A stretch of 64,000 nt of DNA from positions 730 to 64,729 of the IMG/VR virus record IMGVR_UViG_2885686650_000001. One strand, given 5' to 3'. This document shows, one piece after another, positions 45,265-53,837 of the stretch (positions are counted from its first letter, which is position 1; each line of letters opens with the position of its first letter). The translations under genes and the position numbers were made by a program. This DNA is from a virus. Below the pieces are notes generated by a model, which saw only the letters and a program-made list of their open reading frames with translations, was not told the origin of the DNA and did not search any database.

Positions 45265-46539
45265 TTGAGTTATCGAGGTATGAATTATTTAAGAAATAAG
45301 CTTAATAGCAGGCGTTCGCGTGTTAATATGCGCTATCGCCAATATGCAATGAAATATCAGGATGCGGAGGTTGGTGTCACGATTCCGACACAACTTCGCG
45401 GTCGCTATCGCTCAGTTTTAGGTTGGTGTGCGAAGGGCGTCGATTCACTTGCTGATCGTTTGGTTTTTCGAGAGTTTGATCATGATGATTTCGAAGTAAA
45501 CGAAATTTTTCAGCAAAATAATCCGGATGTTTTCTTTGACAGTGCGGTATTATCCGCTTTGATTGCCTCATGCGCCTTTATTTATCTGTCAAAAGATGAA
45601 AATAACCAGGTTCGGCTGCAGGTTATCGAAGCTAGTAATGCGACTGGCATTATTGATCCAATTACTGGACTGCTGACCGAGGGTTACGCCGTTTTGAGTC
45701 GTGACGATTATGGCAATCCTACTTTGGAAGCTTATTTTATTCCTGGCATTACATGGTTTTATCCAAAAGATGCGAGTCCGTTCTCAGTTACAAATAATGT
45801 TAGCTCGCCACTGCTTGTTCCAATTATCCATCGACCTGACGCCGTTCGCCCCTTTGGCCGTTCGCGCATTACGCGTTCGGGGATGTATTATCAACGATAT
45901 GCGAAGCGAACACTTGAACGTGCTGATATCACGGCCGAGTTTTATAGTTTTCCGCAAAAATATGTTACTGGTATTAGCAATGAAGCAGAGCCACTTGATG
46001 GTTGGAAGGCGACTGTTTCTAGTATGCTTCAATTTACTAAAGACGGTGATGGCGATAGACCGACGCTGGGACAGTTCACGACGCCGGCGATGACGCCGTT
46101 TACCGAACAATTGAAAACTGCAGCAGCTGGTTTTGCTGGTGAAACTGGATTGACAATGGACGACTTAGGATTTGTGTCAGAAAATCCGTCAAGTGTTGAG
46201 GCAATTAAGGCAAGTCATGAGAACTTGCGATTGGCCGGCCGTAAAGCGCAGCGCTCATTTGGTTCCGGATTACTTAACGTAGCGTACTTGGCAGCTTGTT
46301 TGCGAGATGATTATCCATATTTGCGGAATCAGTTCGCATTAACTTTACCAACTTGGGAGCCATTATTTGAAGCTGATGCTAGTATGCTGAGTCTAATCGG
46401 CGATGGTGTTGTTAAGCTAAACCAAGCAATTCCAGGATTCATTGATAAGAACGTAATTCGAGATTTAACCGGCGTGAATGGTTCAGCAGCTGCTGGACAG
46501 CCAGCAGCTAATTTAGGAGCTGATGCGAATGGACAATGA
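45265..46539 (+). CDS. Portal protein (SPP1 gp6-like)
   Basis: GWCAKGVDSLADRL, PFGRSRI, AEFYSFPQKY. Confidence 0.92.
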   Translation: MSYRGMNYLRNKLNSRRSRVNMRYRQYAMKYQDAEVGVTIPTQLRGRYRSVLGWCAKGVDSLADRLVFREFDHDDFEVNEIFQQNNPDVFFDSAVLSALIASCAFIYLSKDENNQVRLQVIEASNATGIIDPITGLLTEGYAVLSRDDYGNPTLEAYFIPGITWFYPKDASPFSVTNNVSSPLLVPIIHRPDAVRPFGRSRITRSGMYYQRYAKRTLERADITAEFYSFPQKYVTGISNEAEPLDGWKATVSSMLQFTKDGDGDRPTLGQFTTPAMTPFTEQLKTAAAGFAGETGLTMDDLGFVSENPSSVEAIKASHENLRLAGRKAQRSFGSGLLNVAYLAACLRDDYPYLRNQFALTLPTWEPLFEADASMLSLIGDGVVKLNQAIPGFIDKNVIRDLTGVNGSAAAGQPAANLGADANGQ

Positions 46540-47746
46540 TATTGTTCCTGGGCTATTAGCAGATATTCAGAAGCAATTTTACCTCGAGACAACTCAGTCA
46601 AAAAAGTTGAAGGCTGCATTATTAAAACTAGAAAAAAATAAGGCTACTTATCAGGATGTCAATGAATTTGCTATTGAGGTTGGAGAAACTTTATCAAAAG
46701 TTCTAAGCGACAATATTTATAGTGAGATCCTACCTGATCAAAAAATGTATTATAATATCGCTCAAAGAATTTTAGAGCCAACCTTGAAGAATAATTATGA
46801 TCTGATTTCTGGCTATGCTGCAGACGTACAAAAAAGTCTGAATCAAGCAGCAAATCTCAATTTAAAAGCCCAGGTGCCAGAATATAATCAAGATCGTACG
46901 AATGGCATTATCAACAGAGTTTCATCAGAAGAAAATTTTGACGATATTAAATGGATTCTTGATGATCCTATTGTCAATTTCTCTCAGAGTGTGGTTGATG
47001 ATTCGATTAGGGAGAATAGTGAATTTCAGGCGAAAGCAGGGTTAAGACCAAAATTAATTCGTAGGGTATCAGGACATGGTTGCGCATGGTGTCGTAATTT
47101 ATCGGGATCATATGATTATGGAGATGCCCCTGAAGATATTTATCGACGCCATGATAATTGCAGGTGCACAGTTGATTTTCAACCTAGTAGTGGCCGCCGA
47201 CAAAATGTTTGGTCGAAGAAGTGGTATAAATCACAAAATGATGCTAAAATCGAAGTAAGAAAGAATATTGGCGTCTTAGTTGAAAGCGGCGCTAAAAATT
47301 ATGCGCGGGACGAGAGTACAGATTTTCTTTTTTCAAAAGAACATGTTCGAAGGCAAAAGTATGCCTTTACTCAATACGACGAAATTAAAAATAGTGATCA
47401 GAATTTAGAAAAGAGAAAAATCTATTCAAACATTAGGAAGTATAAGTCCATGAGTGATTTCTCTAAGCGTGATGTGGATATTGCGTTTGATCATGTTTTT
47501 AATGACATTCATGATTTAGAAAATGGTAAGGGGCTTTTTACTCCGGACCCTGATATGGCATATTCTTGGACCCGCTTAATAAATGATGAGTCAATACGAG
47601 AGCACGATTTAATTCTGTTAAGACATGAGCGCTGTGAGAGAGATTACATGAAAAAAGGCATGGACTATCATAAGGCGCATGTTGAAACGGATAGTAAGTT
47701 TGATTATGCTGGAGCATTGAAAAAATATAAAGAAGGGAGAAAATGA
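46523..47746 (+). CDS. Minor head (MuF-like) protein with C-terminal toxin-like extension
   Basis: CAWC...HDNCRC at ~aa 190-215; ~150-aa extension with PDPDMAYSWTRL...HERCE...YHKAH. Confidence 0.8.
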   Translation: MRMDNDIVPGLLADIQKQFYLETTQSKKLKAALLKLEKNKATYQDVNEFAIEVGETLSKVLSDNIYSEILPDQKMYYNIAQRILEPTLKNNYDLISGYAADVQKSLNQAANLNLKAQVPEYNQDRTNGIINRVSSEENFDDIKWILDDPIVNFSQSVVDDSIRENSEFQAKAGLRPKLIRRVSGHGCAWCRNLSGSYDYGDAPEDIYRRHDNCRCTVDFQPSSGRRQNVWSKKWYKSQNDAKIEVRKNIGVLVESGAKNYARDESTDFLFSKEHVRRQKYAFTQYDEIKNSDQNLEKRKIYSNIRKYKSMSDFSKRDVDIAFDHVFNDIHDLENGKGLFTPDPDMAYSWTRLINDESIREHDLILLRHERCERDYMKKGMDYHKAHVETDSKFDYAGALKKYKEGRK

Positions 47747-47973
47747 TGCTTACCTATAAATTGATTGATATTGTTGACGGCTTTTATCATTATGAGATTT
47801 ATCCTGAAGGTAAAGTTGCCGACAAGGGAACGCTTATTTTTAATCCCCTCACTAAAGTTGTAAAAACACTAATTGAACCTAATAGCCCATTTGATTGTTT
47901 GGGTCATTTTGCACAAGATTTTGTTGGCAAAAATGGTGAGTTTAAGGAATCAGGAATGGTAGCGTGGTATTGA
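47743..47973 (+). CDS. Putative immunity protein
   Basis: Small ORF coupled (ATGA) to the toxin-like gene; YEIYPEG...G motif; ends AWY. Confidence 0.65.
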   Translation: MMLTYKLIDIVDGFYHYEIYPEGKVADKGTLIFNPLTKVVKTLIEPNSPFDCLGHFAQDFVGKNGEFKESGMVAWY

Positions 47974-48043
47974 ATATCTATTAAGTAATTCAACAATGGA
48001 ACGTGTTAAAGACACGTTGAAAGATATTAAGGAAATGATTCTT
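47966..48043 (+). pseudogene. 3' remnant of a YjcQ-like gene
   Basis: GIEYLLSNSTMERVKDTLKDIKEMIL with no start, overlapping the immunity stop. Confidence 0.55.
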
Positions 48044-48049
48044 GAATGT

Positions 48050-48081
48050 AGCACTCGACAAAATATTGAGTGCTATTTTTG
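48050..48081 (+). terminator. Terminator after the toxin/immunity cassette
   Basis: TAGCACTC-gacaaaatatt-GAGTGCTA then T-run. Confidence 0.75.
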
Positions 48082-48148
48082 TACCATAAATTTTTGACCC
48101 AAGCATGTCATTAAACTGCGGTGGAAACATGATTGAAGGGGGATTTGT

Positions 48149-49546
48149 ATGACTACTAAAGCAAGACTTGGTAATCAGCATCCTACTCAATCGGTGATTT
48201 TACCATTTACTAATTCTTTATATGAAACTGCAATTGAGACTTACGAGAAATCGGGTCGCAAAGCCCAGGAGTGGCAGGTTGAATTAACCAAAGATATTTT
48301 TGCGGTGAATGATGAAAATTTGTGGACGCACACAAAATTTGGTTACAGCTTGCCGCGGCGAAATGGGAAAAATGAAGTTGTGGCAATCCGTGAAATGCAA
48401 GGCTTACAAAATGGCGAACAAATGCTTCATACGGCACACCGAACGACTACTAGTCATTCGGCTTGGGAACGTCTACTGAGGTTACTTGATAAGGCAGGCA
48501 TTTATTATGAGTCGTTACGCGCAACTGGACGAGAAAAAATTGAAATACCTGATACTGGTGGTCGAGTTGAATTTCGAACGAGAACTTCAACTGGCGGTTT
48601 AGGTGAAGGTTTTGATTTATTGGTAATTGATGAAGCTCAGGAGTATACAGCTGATCAAGAATCATCGTTAAAATACGTTGTAACCGACTCAGATAATCCT
48701 CAAACGATTTTTTGCGGGACACCGCCAACGCCTTTATCTTCTGGAACTGTTTTTGTAAACTTTCGGAATGAAGTGTTAAGCGGAAAATTGCAAAATGCGG
48801 GTTGGGCTGAATGGGGCGTTTCAAAGCAATCTGATGTGAGAGACCGTGCACTTTGGTATGAATGTAATCCTTCTTTAGGAACGGTTTTTACAGAACGTTC
48901 GATTCAAGACGAAATCGGCTCTGATGTGATTGATTTTAATATCCAGCGGCTTGGTCTTTGGATTAAATACAATCAAAAGTCAGCAATTTCTGAAAATGAA
49001 TGGGATGAATTGCAAGTGAAGTCATTACCAATATTAAGAGGACCGTTGTTTGTTGGTATCAAGTATGGCAATGACAATGCAAATGTGGCCATGAGCGTGG
49101 CCGTTAAAACTTTATCCGGAAGAATTTTTGTTGAGGTCATTGATTGTCAGTCGATTAGAAACGGTAATCAATGGATCATCAACTTTTTGAAGAAAGCTAA
49201 CGTTGCTAAAGTTGTTGTTGATGGTGCCAGTGGCCAAAATATTTTATCAGGCGAAATGAAGGACTTTGGAATAAAAGAACCTTTATTACCGACTGTTAAA
49301 GAAGTGATTATGGCCAATTCGTTGTGGGAGCAAGGTATTTACGGAGAAAGTATTTGTCACGCTGATCAACCGTCGTTAAAAACCGTTGTTACTAATTGCG
49401 CCAAGCGAAATATTGGCAGTAACGGCGGTTTTGGGTATAAGTCGCAGTTTGATGATATGGATATTAGTTTAATGGATAGTGCGCTGTTAGCGCATTGGGC
49501 TTGTGTAACGCTCAAACCCAAGAAGAAACAACAAATCAGGTATTAA
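48149..49546 (+). CDS. terL: Terminase large subunit
   Basis: PRRNGKN Walker A, LLVIDEAQ Walker B, GTPP. Confidence 0.95.
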   Translation: MTTKARLGNQHPTQSVILPFTNSLYETAIETYEKSGRKAQEWQVELTKDIFAVNDENLWTHTKFGYSLPRRNGKNEVVAIREMQGLQNGEQMLHTAHRTTTSHSAWERLLRLLDKAGIYYESLRATGREKIEIPDTGGRVEFRTRTSTGGLGEGFDLLVIDEAQEYTADQESSLKYVVTDSDNPQTIFCGTPPTPLSSGTVFVNFRNEVLSGKLQNAGWAEWGVSKQSDVRDRALWYECNPSLGTVFTERSIQDEIGSDVIDFNIQRLGLWIKYNQKSAISENEWDELQVKSLPILRGPLFVGIKYGNDNANVAMSVAVKTLSGRIFVEVIDCQSIRNGNQWIINFLKKANVAKVVVDGASGQNILSGEMKDFGIKEPLLPTVKEVIMANSLWEQGIYGESICHADQPSLKTVVTNCAKRNIGSNGGFGYKSQFDDMDISLMDSALLAHWACVTLKPKKKQQIRY

Positions 49547-49626
49547 ACGACTCTTTAATTGGAGTCGTTTTTTAATACCAAAATTACCGAGACAGCCGGG
49601 TAAGCTGGAGAAAGGATTGACAAATT

Positions 49627-50079
49627 ATGGCAGATTTTAAAGCAATTGAATCACAGGAAGAATTAGACAAGATTGTACAGGAGCGTTTAGCACGTCAAAA
49701 AGAAAGTCTTGAGAAGAAGTTTGGTGATTACGACAAAATTAAGGCTGAAAATGCGACATTACACCAATCTTTAGAGGAATCTAAGGTAAAGACTGCTGGC
49801 TTTGAGAAGAATATTGGCGAATTGAATAGTAAAGTTGCTGGCTTCGAAACGGCCAATTTACGAACCAAAGTTGCCTTGGAACACGGCCTACCTTACGATC
49901 TCGCCAGCCGTTTAGTCGGGGATGACGAAGAAAGTATTTCTGCTGACGCTGAACGTTTATCTGGTTTAATTGGGAAACAGCAACCGGTACCACCACTTAG
50001 AGATTCAGAAGGTACTGGCGATGATAAAAATGGCGCCTACGAATCATTAATTCAAGGGCTTAAATCAGAAGGAGAGTAA
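49627..50079 (+). CDS. Scaffolding protein (DUF4355-like)
   Basis: SQEELDKIVQERLARQK; precedes capsid. Confidence 0.85.
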   Translation: MADFKAIESQEELDKIVQERLARQKESLEKKFGDYDKIKAENATLHQSLEESKVKTAGFEKNIGELNSKVAGFETANLRTKVALEHGLPYDLASRLVGDDEESISADAERLSGLIGKQQPVPPLRDSEGTGDDKNGAYESLIQGLKSEGE

Positions 50080-50084
50080 TAAAA

Positions 50085-50984
50085 ATGACAGTTCAAAGTA
50101 AAGCAAACTTATTTGATCCAACATTAGTTACAGATTTAATTAATAAAGTAAAAGGGAAGAGCTCATTAGCAATTCTTTCTCAGCAAGTACCAATTCCTTT
50201 TAATGGCCAAAAAGAATTTACATTTACGATGGATTCCGACATTGATGTTGTCGCTGAAAATGGCAAGAAATCGCATGGTGGGATTAGCGTTGAACCAAAA
50301 ACAATTGTGCCAATCAAGGTAGAATATGGTGCGCGTATCAGTGATGAGTTTCTAATTGCAACGGATGAAGAAAAAATCGATATTATCAAAGGATTTAATG
50401 AAGGCTATGCGAAAAAGCTTGCCCGCGGTCTTGATATCATGGCTTTTCACGGCCTAAATCCACGTTCAGCTACTGCATCAACAGTAATTGGCGATAATCA
50501 TTTCGATAGTAAAGTTGATCAGACGGTTGAATTTTCAAAGGATGATCCAGACGCTAACATTGAGGCAGCCGTTGCCATGATTCAAGCTAATAGCGAAACG
50601 GTCTCTGGCTTAGCAATGAACACGGCCTTTTCAGCTGCTTTAGCTGGGATGCGCACTGGTGGTACGACTAACATTCGCCTATTCCCAGAACTTGCTTGGG
50701 GTGCTAATCCTGGTAGTATTAATGGCTTGCCTGCCGATATCAATACAACCGTGGGTGTCGGTCAAAAAGATGAGGCAATTATCGGTGATTTCGTCAATAA
50801 CTTTAAGTGGGGCTACGCTAAAGAGATTCCGATGGAAATCATCAAATATGGTGATCCGGACAACTCTGGCCAAGATTTACGCGGGTATAATCAGGTTTAT
50901 TTACGGTCAGAAACTTATCTTGGCTGGGGAATTATGGACCCTAAAGCATTTGCTCGTGTCATTCAACCCGCAGCTGAGGCCTAA
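50085..50984 (+). CDS. Major capsid protein
   Basis: LFDPTLVTDLINKVKG...PIKVEYGARISDEF...YNQVYLRSE. Confidence 0.92.
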   Translation: MTVQSKANLFDPTLVTDLINKVKGKSSLAILSQQVPIPFNGQKEFTFTMDSDIDVVAENGKKSHGGISVEPKTIVPIKVEYGARISDEFLIATDEEKIDIIKGFNEGYAKKLARGLDIMAFHGLNPRSATASTVIGDNHFDSKVDQTVEFSKDDPDANIEAAVAMIQANSETVSGLAMNTAFSAALAGMRTGGTTNIRLFPELAWGANPGSINGLPADINTTVGVGQKDEAIIGDFVNNFKWGYAKEIPMEIIKYGDPDNSGQDLRGYNQVYLRSETYLGWGIMDPKAFARVIQPAAEA

Positions 50985-50986
50985 CT

Positions 50987-51313
50987 ATGGAATATCGTAA
51001 TAAGCACACTGGCATCACTATCAATACGAATTGCAAAATTGCGGGAAATGATTGGGAGTTGGTCGATAAGCAAAATTCGGCTAATCAGCAGGTGACTGTG
51101 AAGCAAGAAAATGTTACTAAACCAGCTGATCAGCCAGATCAAACTGAAACCGATGAGATCCGTGATGAAGAACTGGATGCGGCTAATGCAGCTGGTATTG
51201 AGGATGTAACAGTTAAAGAAATCAAGGCGGAACTTGATGCCCTTGGTGTTGAATATGACCCTAAGGCTAAAAAGCCGGCCCTATATGCTTTGATGATGAA
51301 ACACGGGAAGTGA
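50987..51313 (+). CDS. Head-associated protein with C-terminal HeH/LEM-like domain
   Basis: YRNKHTG N-terminus; TVKEIKAELDALGVEY...KKPALY C-terminus. Confidence 0.65.
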   Translation: MEYRNKHTGITINTNCKIAGNDWELVDKQNSANQQVTVKQENVTKPADQPDQTETDEIRDEELDAANAAGIEDVTVKEIKAELDALGVEYDPKAKKPALYALMMKHGK

Positions 51314-51317
51314 TCTG

Positions 51318-51713
51318 ATGACAAGTTTTGCCACAACTGATGATGTAACCAAACTTTGGCGGTCTCTGACAGCTGATGAAATGGTTCGGGCCAAATCATT
51401 GCTTGAAGTGATCTCTGATTCATTGCGTGAAGAGGCCAAAAAAGTTGGTAAAGACATCGATACAATGGTTAAGGATAGCCCATCGTATGCTAATGTTGCC
51501 AAATCCGTCACGGTTGATGTTGTGGCCCGAACTTTAATGACATCAACCGACCAGGAACCAATGACCCAGACGACTGAGAGCGCCCTGGGTTATTCTTTTT
51601 CTGGATCCTATTTGATTCCTGGTGGCGGCTTATTTATCAAAAATTCTGAGTTAGAGCGTCTAGGCTTACGTCGGCAAAGATATGGGGCGATTGATTTCTA
51701 TGACACGAATTAA
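51318..51713 (+). CDS. Head-tail connector (gp15/gp19-like)
   Basis: FATTDDV...TESALGYSFSGSY...GGLFI. Confidence 0.85.
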   Translation: MTSFATTDDVTKLWRSLTADEMVRAKSLLEVISDSLREEAKKVGKDIDTMVKDSPSYANVAKSVTVDVVARTLMTSTDQEPMTQTTESALGYSFSGSYLIPGGGLFIKNSELERLGLRRQRYGAIDFYDTN

Positions 51714-52038
51714 AGGAATCACGGTTACGTTAGTCGACAAAGTGAAAACGGGAACTGATCCATTTGGCGCTTCCACATATGATGATGTAGAAGTTTCAAT
51801 TGATAATGTTCTTGTCAGCCCAACATCATCTGCTGATGTGACTAATCAATTGAGCCTCACAGGTCGTAAAGCAGTTTATGACTTGGCGATTCCAAAAGGC
51901 GATAAGCATACCTGGGAAGGACGTAAAGTAAAGTTCTTTGGCCAGACTTGGCGCGTGATTGGCATACCGCTTGAAGGAATCGAAGCGATGATTCCATTAG
52001 ACTGGAATAAGAAAGTTCAGGTGGAGCGCTATGAGTAA
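51682..52038 (+). CDS. Head-tail adaptor
   Basis: Synteny; DPFG...NVLVSP...YDLAIPKGD. Confidence 0.8.
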   Translation: MGRLISMTRIKGITVTLVDKVKTGTDPFGASTYDDVEVSIDNVLVSPTSSADVTNQLSLTGRKAVYDLAIPKGDKHTWEGRKVKFFGQTWRVIGIPLEGIEAMIPLDWNKKVQVERYE

Positions 52039-52264
52039 AGTCTTTAAATTAAATCGTCAAGGTATCGCTGATCTAATGAAGTCGCCATCGATGCAGCAGG
52101 TTTTACGAAACAAAGCAACTGAAATTCGTGGCCGTTGTGGTGATGGCTACGAACAAGATATCTTTGTTGGGAAGAACCGCGCCAATGCGATGGTGTCGGC
52201 TACTAGCTTTAAAGCCAAAAGAGATAACTTAAAAAATAACACGTTATTAAAGGCGGTGCGTTAG
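52031..52264 (+). CDS. Neck protein
   Basis: Synteny; LMKSPSM...RANAMV. Confidence 0.75.
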   Translation: MSKVFKLNRQGIADLMKSPSMQQVLRNKATEIRGRCGDGYEQDIFVGKNRANAMVSATSFKAKRDNLKNNTLLKAVR

Positions 52265-52600
52265 TTGATTGAAATAATTGTTCAAGAATATTTGGCTGAA
52301 CAGCTATCGGTTCCAGTGGTTTTATCACACGAAACTGGTTTGCCGGATAGTTATGTTATTCTTGAGAAAACTAGTAGTACTAAGGTCGATCAGGTCAAAT
52401 CAGCAACCTTTGCCTTTCAGTCATATGCGCCATCTTTATATGAAGCGGTTAAATTAAATGAACTCGTTAAGTCAGCTGTTGAGTCGTTGATCGAATTGAA
52501 TGAAATATCTGGCGTGCATTTCAACAGTGATTATAACTATACAGATACAGAAACCAAACAATACCGATATCAAGCTGTTTTTGATATCGGTTTTTTTTAG
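52265..52600 (+). CDS. Tail terminator-like protein
   Basis: ATFAFQSYA...YRYQAVFD. Confidence 0.78.
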   Translation: MIEIIVQEYLAEQLSVPVVLSHETGLPDSYVILEKTSSTKVDQVKSATFAFQSYAPSLYEAVKLNELVKSAVESLIELNEISGVHFNSDYNYTDTETKQYRYQAVFDIGFF

Positions 52601-52614
52601 GAGGATGAACAACA

Positions 52615-53190
52615 ATGGCAGATGCAAAAAATGTTTCCACTGCTAAACCACGAGTTGGCGGGGCTGCGTTTACAGCACCTTTGGGGACCAAATTACCAAT
52701 TGATGCAGTTGATACCTTGGACCCAGCTTTTAAGGAGCTGGGCTATATTTCAGAGGACGGTCTAGTTAACACGAATACGCCATCCAGTGAAACTATCAAA
52801 GCCTGGGGTGGCGATGTGGTGGATTCCGTTGAAACAGAAAAGGAAGATACCTTTAAATATACATTAATTGAAGCATTGAATATTGCGGTATTAAAGGAAA
52901 TTTACGGTGAAGACAATGTCACAGGTGACTTGAAAACCGTCGTTAAAATCAAGGCTAATGCAATTCCGTTACAAGCACATGTTTTAGTTTTTGATATGAT
53001 TTTGAAAGACGGTATTGTGAAGCGGATTGTCGTGCCAATGGGCAAGGTCTCAGAAGTAGGCGACATTACTTATGCCGATGGGGATGCACTTGGTTATGAA
53101 ACTACTTTAACCGCCATACCAGATGATACTAAAAACACTCATTATGAATATATCCAAAAGCCTCAAGCTGATGCGGGAACGGAGGAATAA
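52615..53190 (+). CDS. Major tail protein
   Basis: APLGTKLP...LGYISEDG...AWGGD. Confidence 0.9.
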   Translation: MADAKNVSTAKPRVGGAAFTAPLGTKLPIDAVDTLDPAFKELGYISEDGLVNTNTPSSETIKAWGGDVVDSVETEKEDTFKYTLIEALNIAVLKEIYGEDNVTGDLKTVVKIKANAIPLQAHVLVFDMILKDGIVKRIVVPMGKVSEVGDITYADGDALGYETTLTAIPDDTKNTHYEYIQKPQADAGTEE

Positions 53191-53457
53191 TTGATGTTAA
53201 AAGGAAAAACAAAATCCGGATTTGTATATCAAATTGCCGACGCTAGATTGCAAAATTATGAATTGGTTGAAAAAATCAGTGCTTATGAGGATAACCCTTT
53301 GGAACTGCCAAAAGTGGTTAACCTTCTATTAGGCGAAGAGCAAACTAAAAAGTTAAAAGACCATCTGCGGACTAAAGATGGGTTAGTACCAGTTGATGCA
53401 ATTGGTAAAGAAATTGCAGAAATTTTCCAGGAGCAAGCTAAGTTAAAAAAATCTTAA
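53191..53457 (+). CDS. Tail assembly chaperone with -1 slippery site
   Basis: A AAA AAA at 53445-53451; the -1 frame runs directly into 53469-53837. Confidence 0.85.
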   Translation: MMLKGKTKSGFVYQIADARLQNYELVEKISAYEDNPLELPKVVNLLLGEEQTKKLKDHLRTKDGLVPVDAIGKEIAEIFQEQAKLKKS

Positions 53458-53468
53458 GCCTTGTTGAG

Positions 53469-53837
53469 ATGATCAAGACTGATGAGGATGCCTTAGTTTG
53501 CGACTTAGCAGAAACATATCATATTTTTGATTACCGACAGCTACCTTTAGTAAAGGTGGCTGTTTTTGCATATGGCCTGCCAGATAAATCGAGAATTAAA
53601 CTAAAACTAAATAATTTGAAAGTTGATCTAGATACTTTGTTACTTGCAACCGCGGTTGATCGTCTGAGCCTTTTGGTCTGGAGCAAAACCGTTGACGGTC
53701 AAAAGGGTCGCCGGCAGCCTAAATCATTGGCACAATTATTGCAGACGACAGAAGTTGATCGGCAAAAATTATCATTTGCGAGTGGTCAAGAATATGAGGC
53801 CGTTAGGGCACGGCTAATTCAAGGAGGTGGTAAGTAA
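53469..53837 (+). CDS. gpT-like chaperone extension (DUF5361-like)
   Basis: DALVCDLAETYHI; reached by -1 frameshift. Confidence 0.82.
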   Translation: MIKTDEDALVCDLAETYHIFDYRQLPLVKVAVFAYGLPDKSRIKLKLNNLKVDLDTLLLATAVDRLSLLVWSKTVDGQKGRRQPKSLAQLLQTTEVDRQKLSFASGQEYEAVRARLIQGGGK

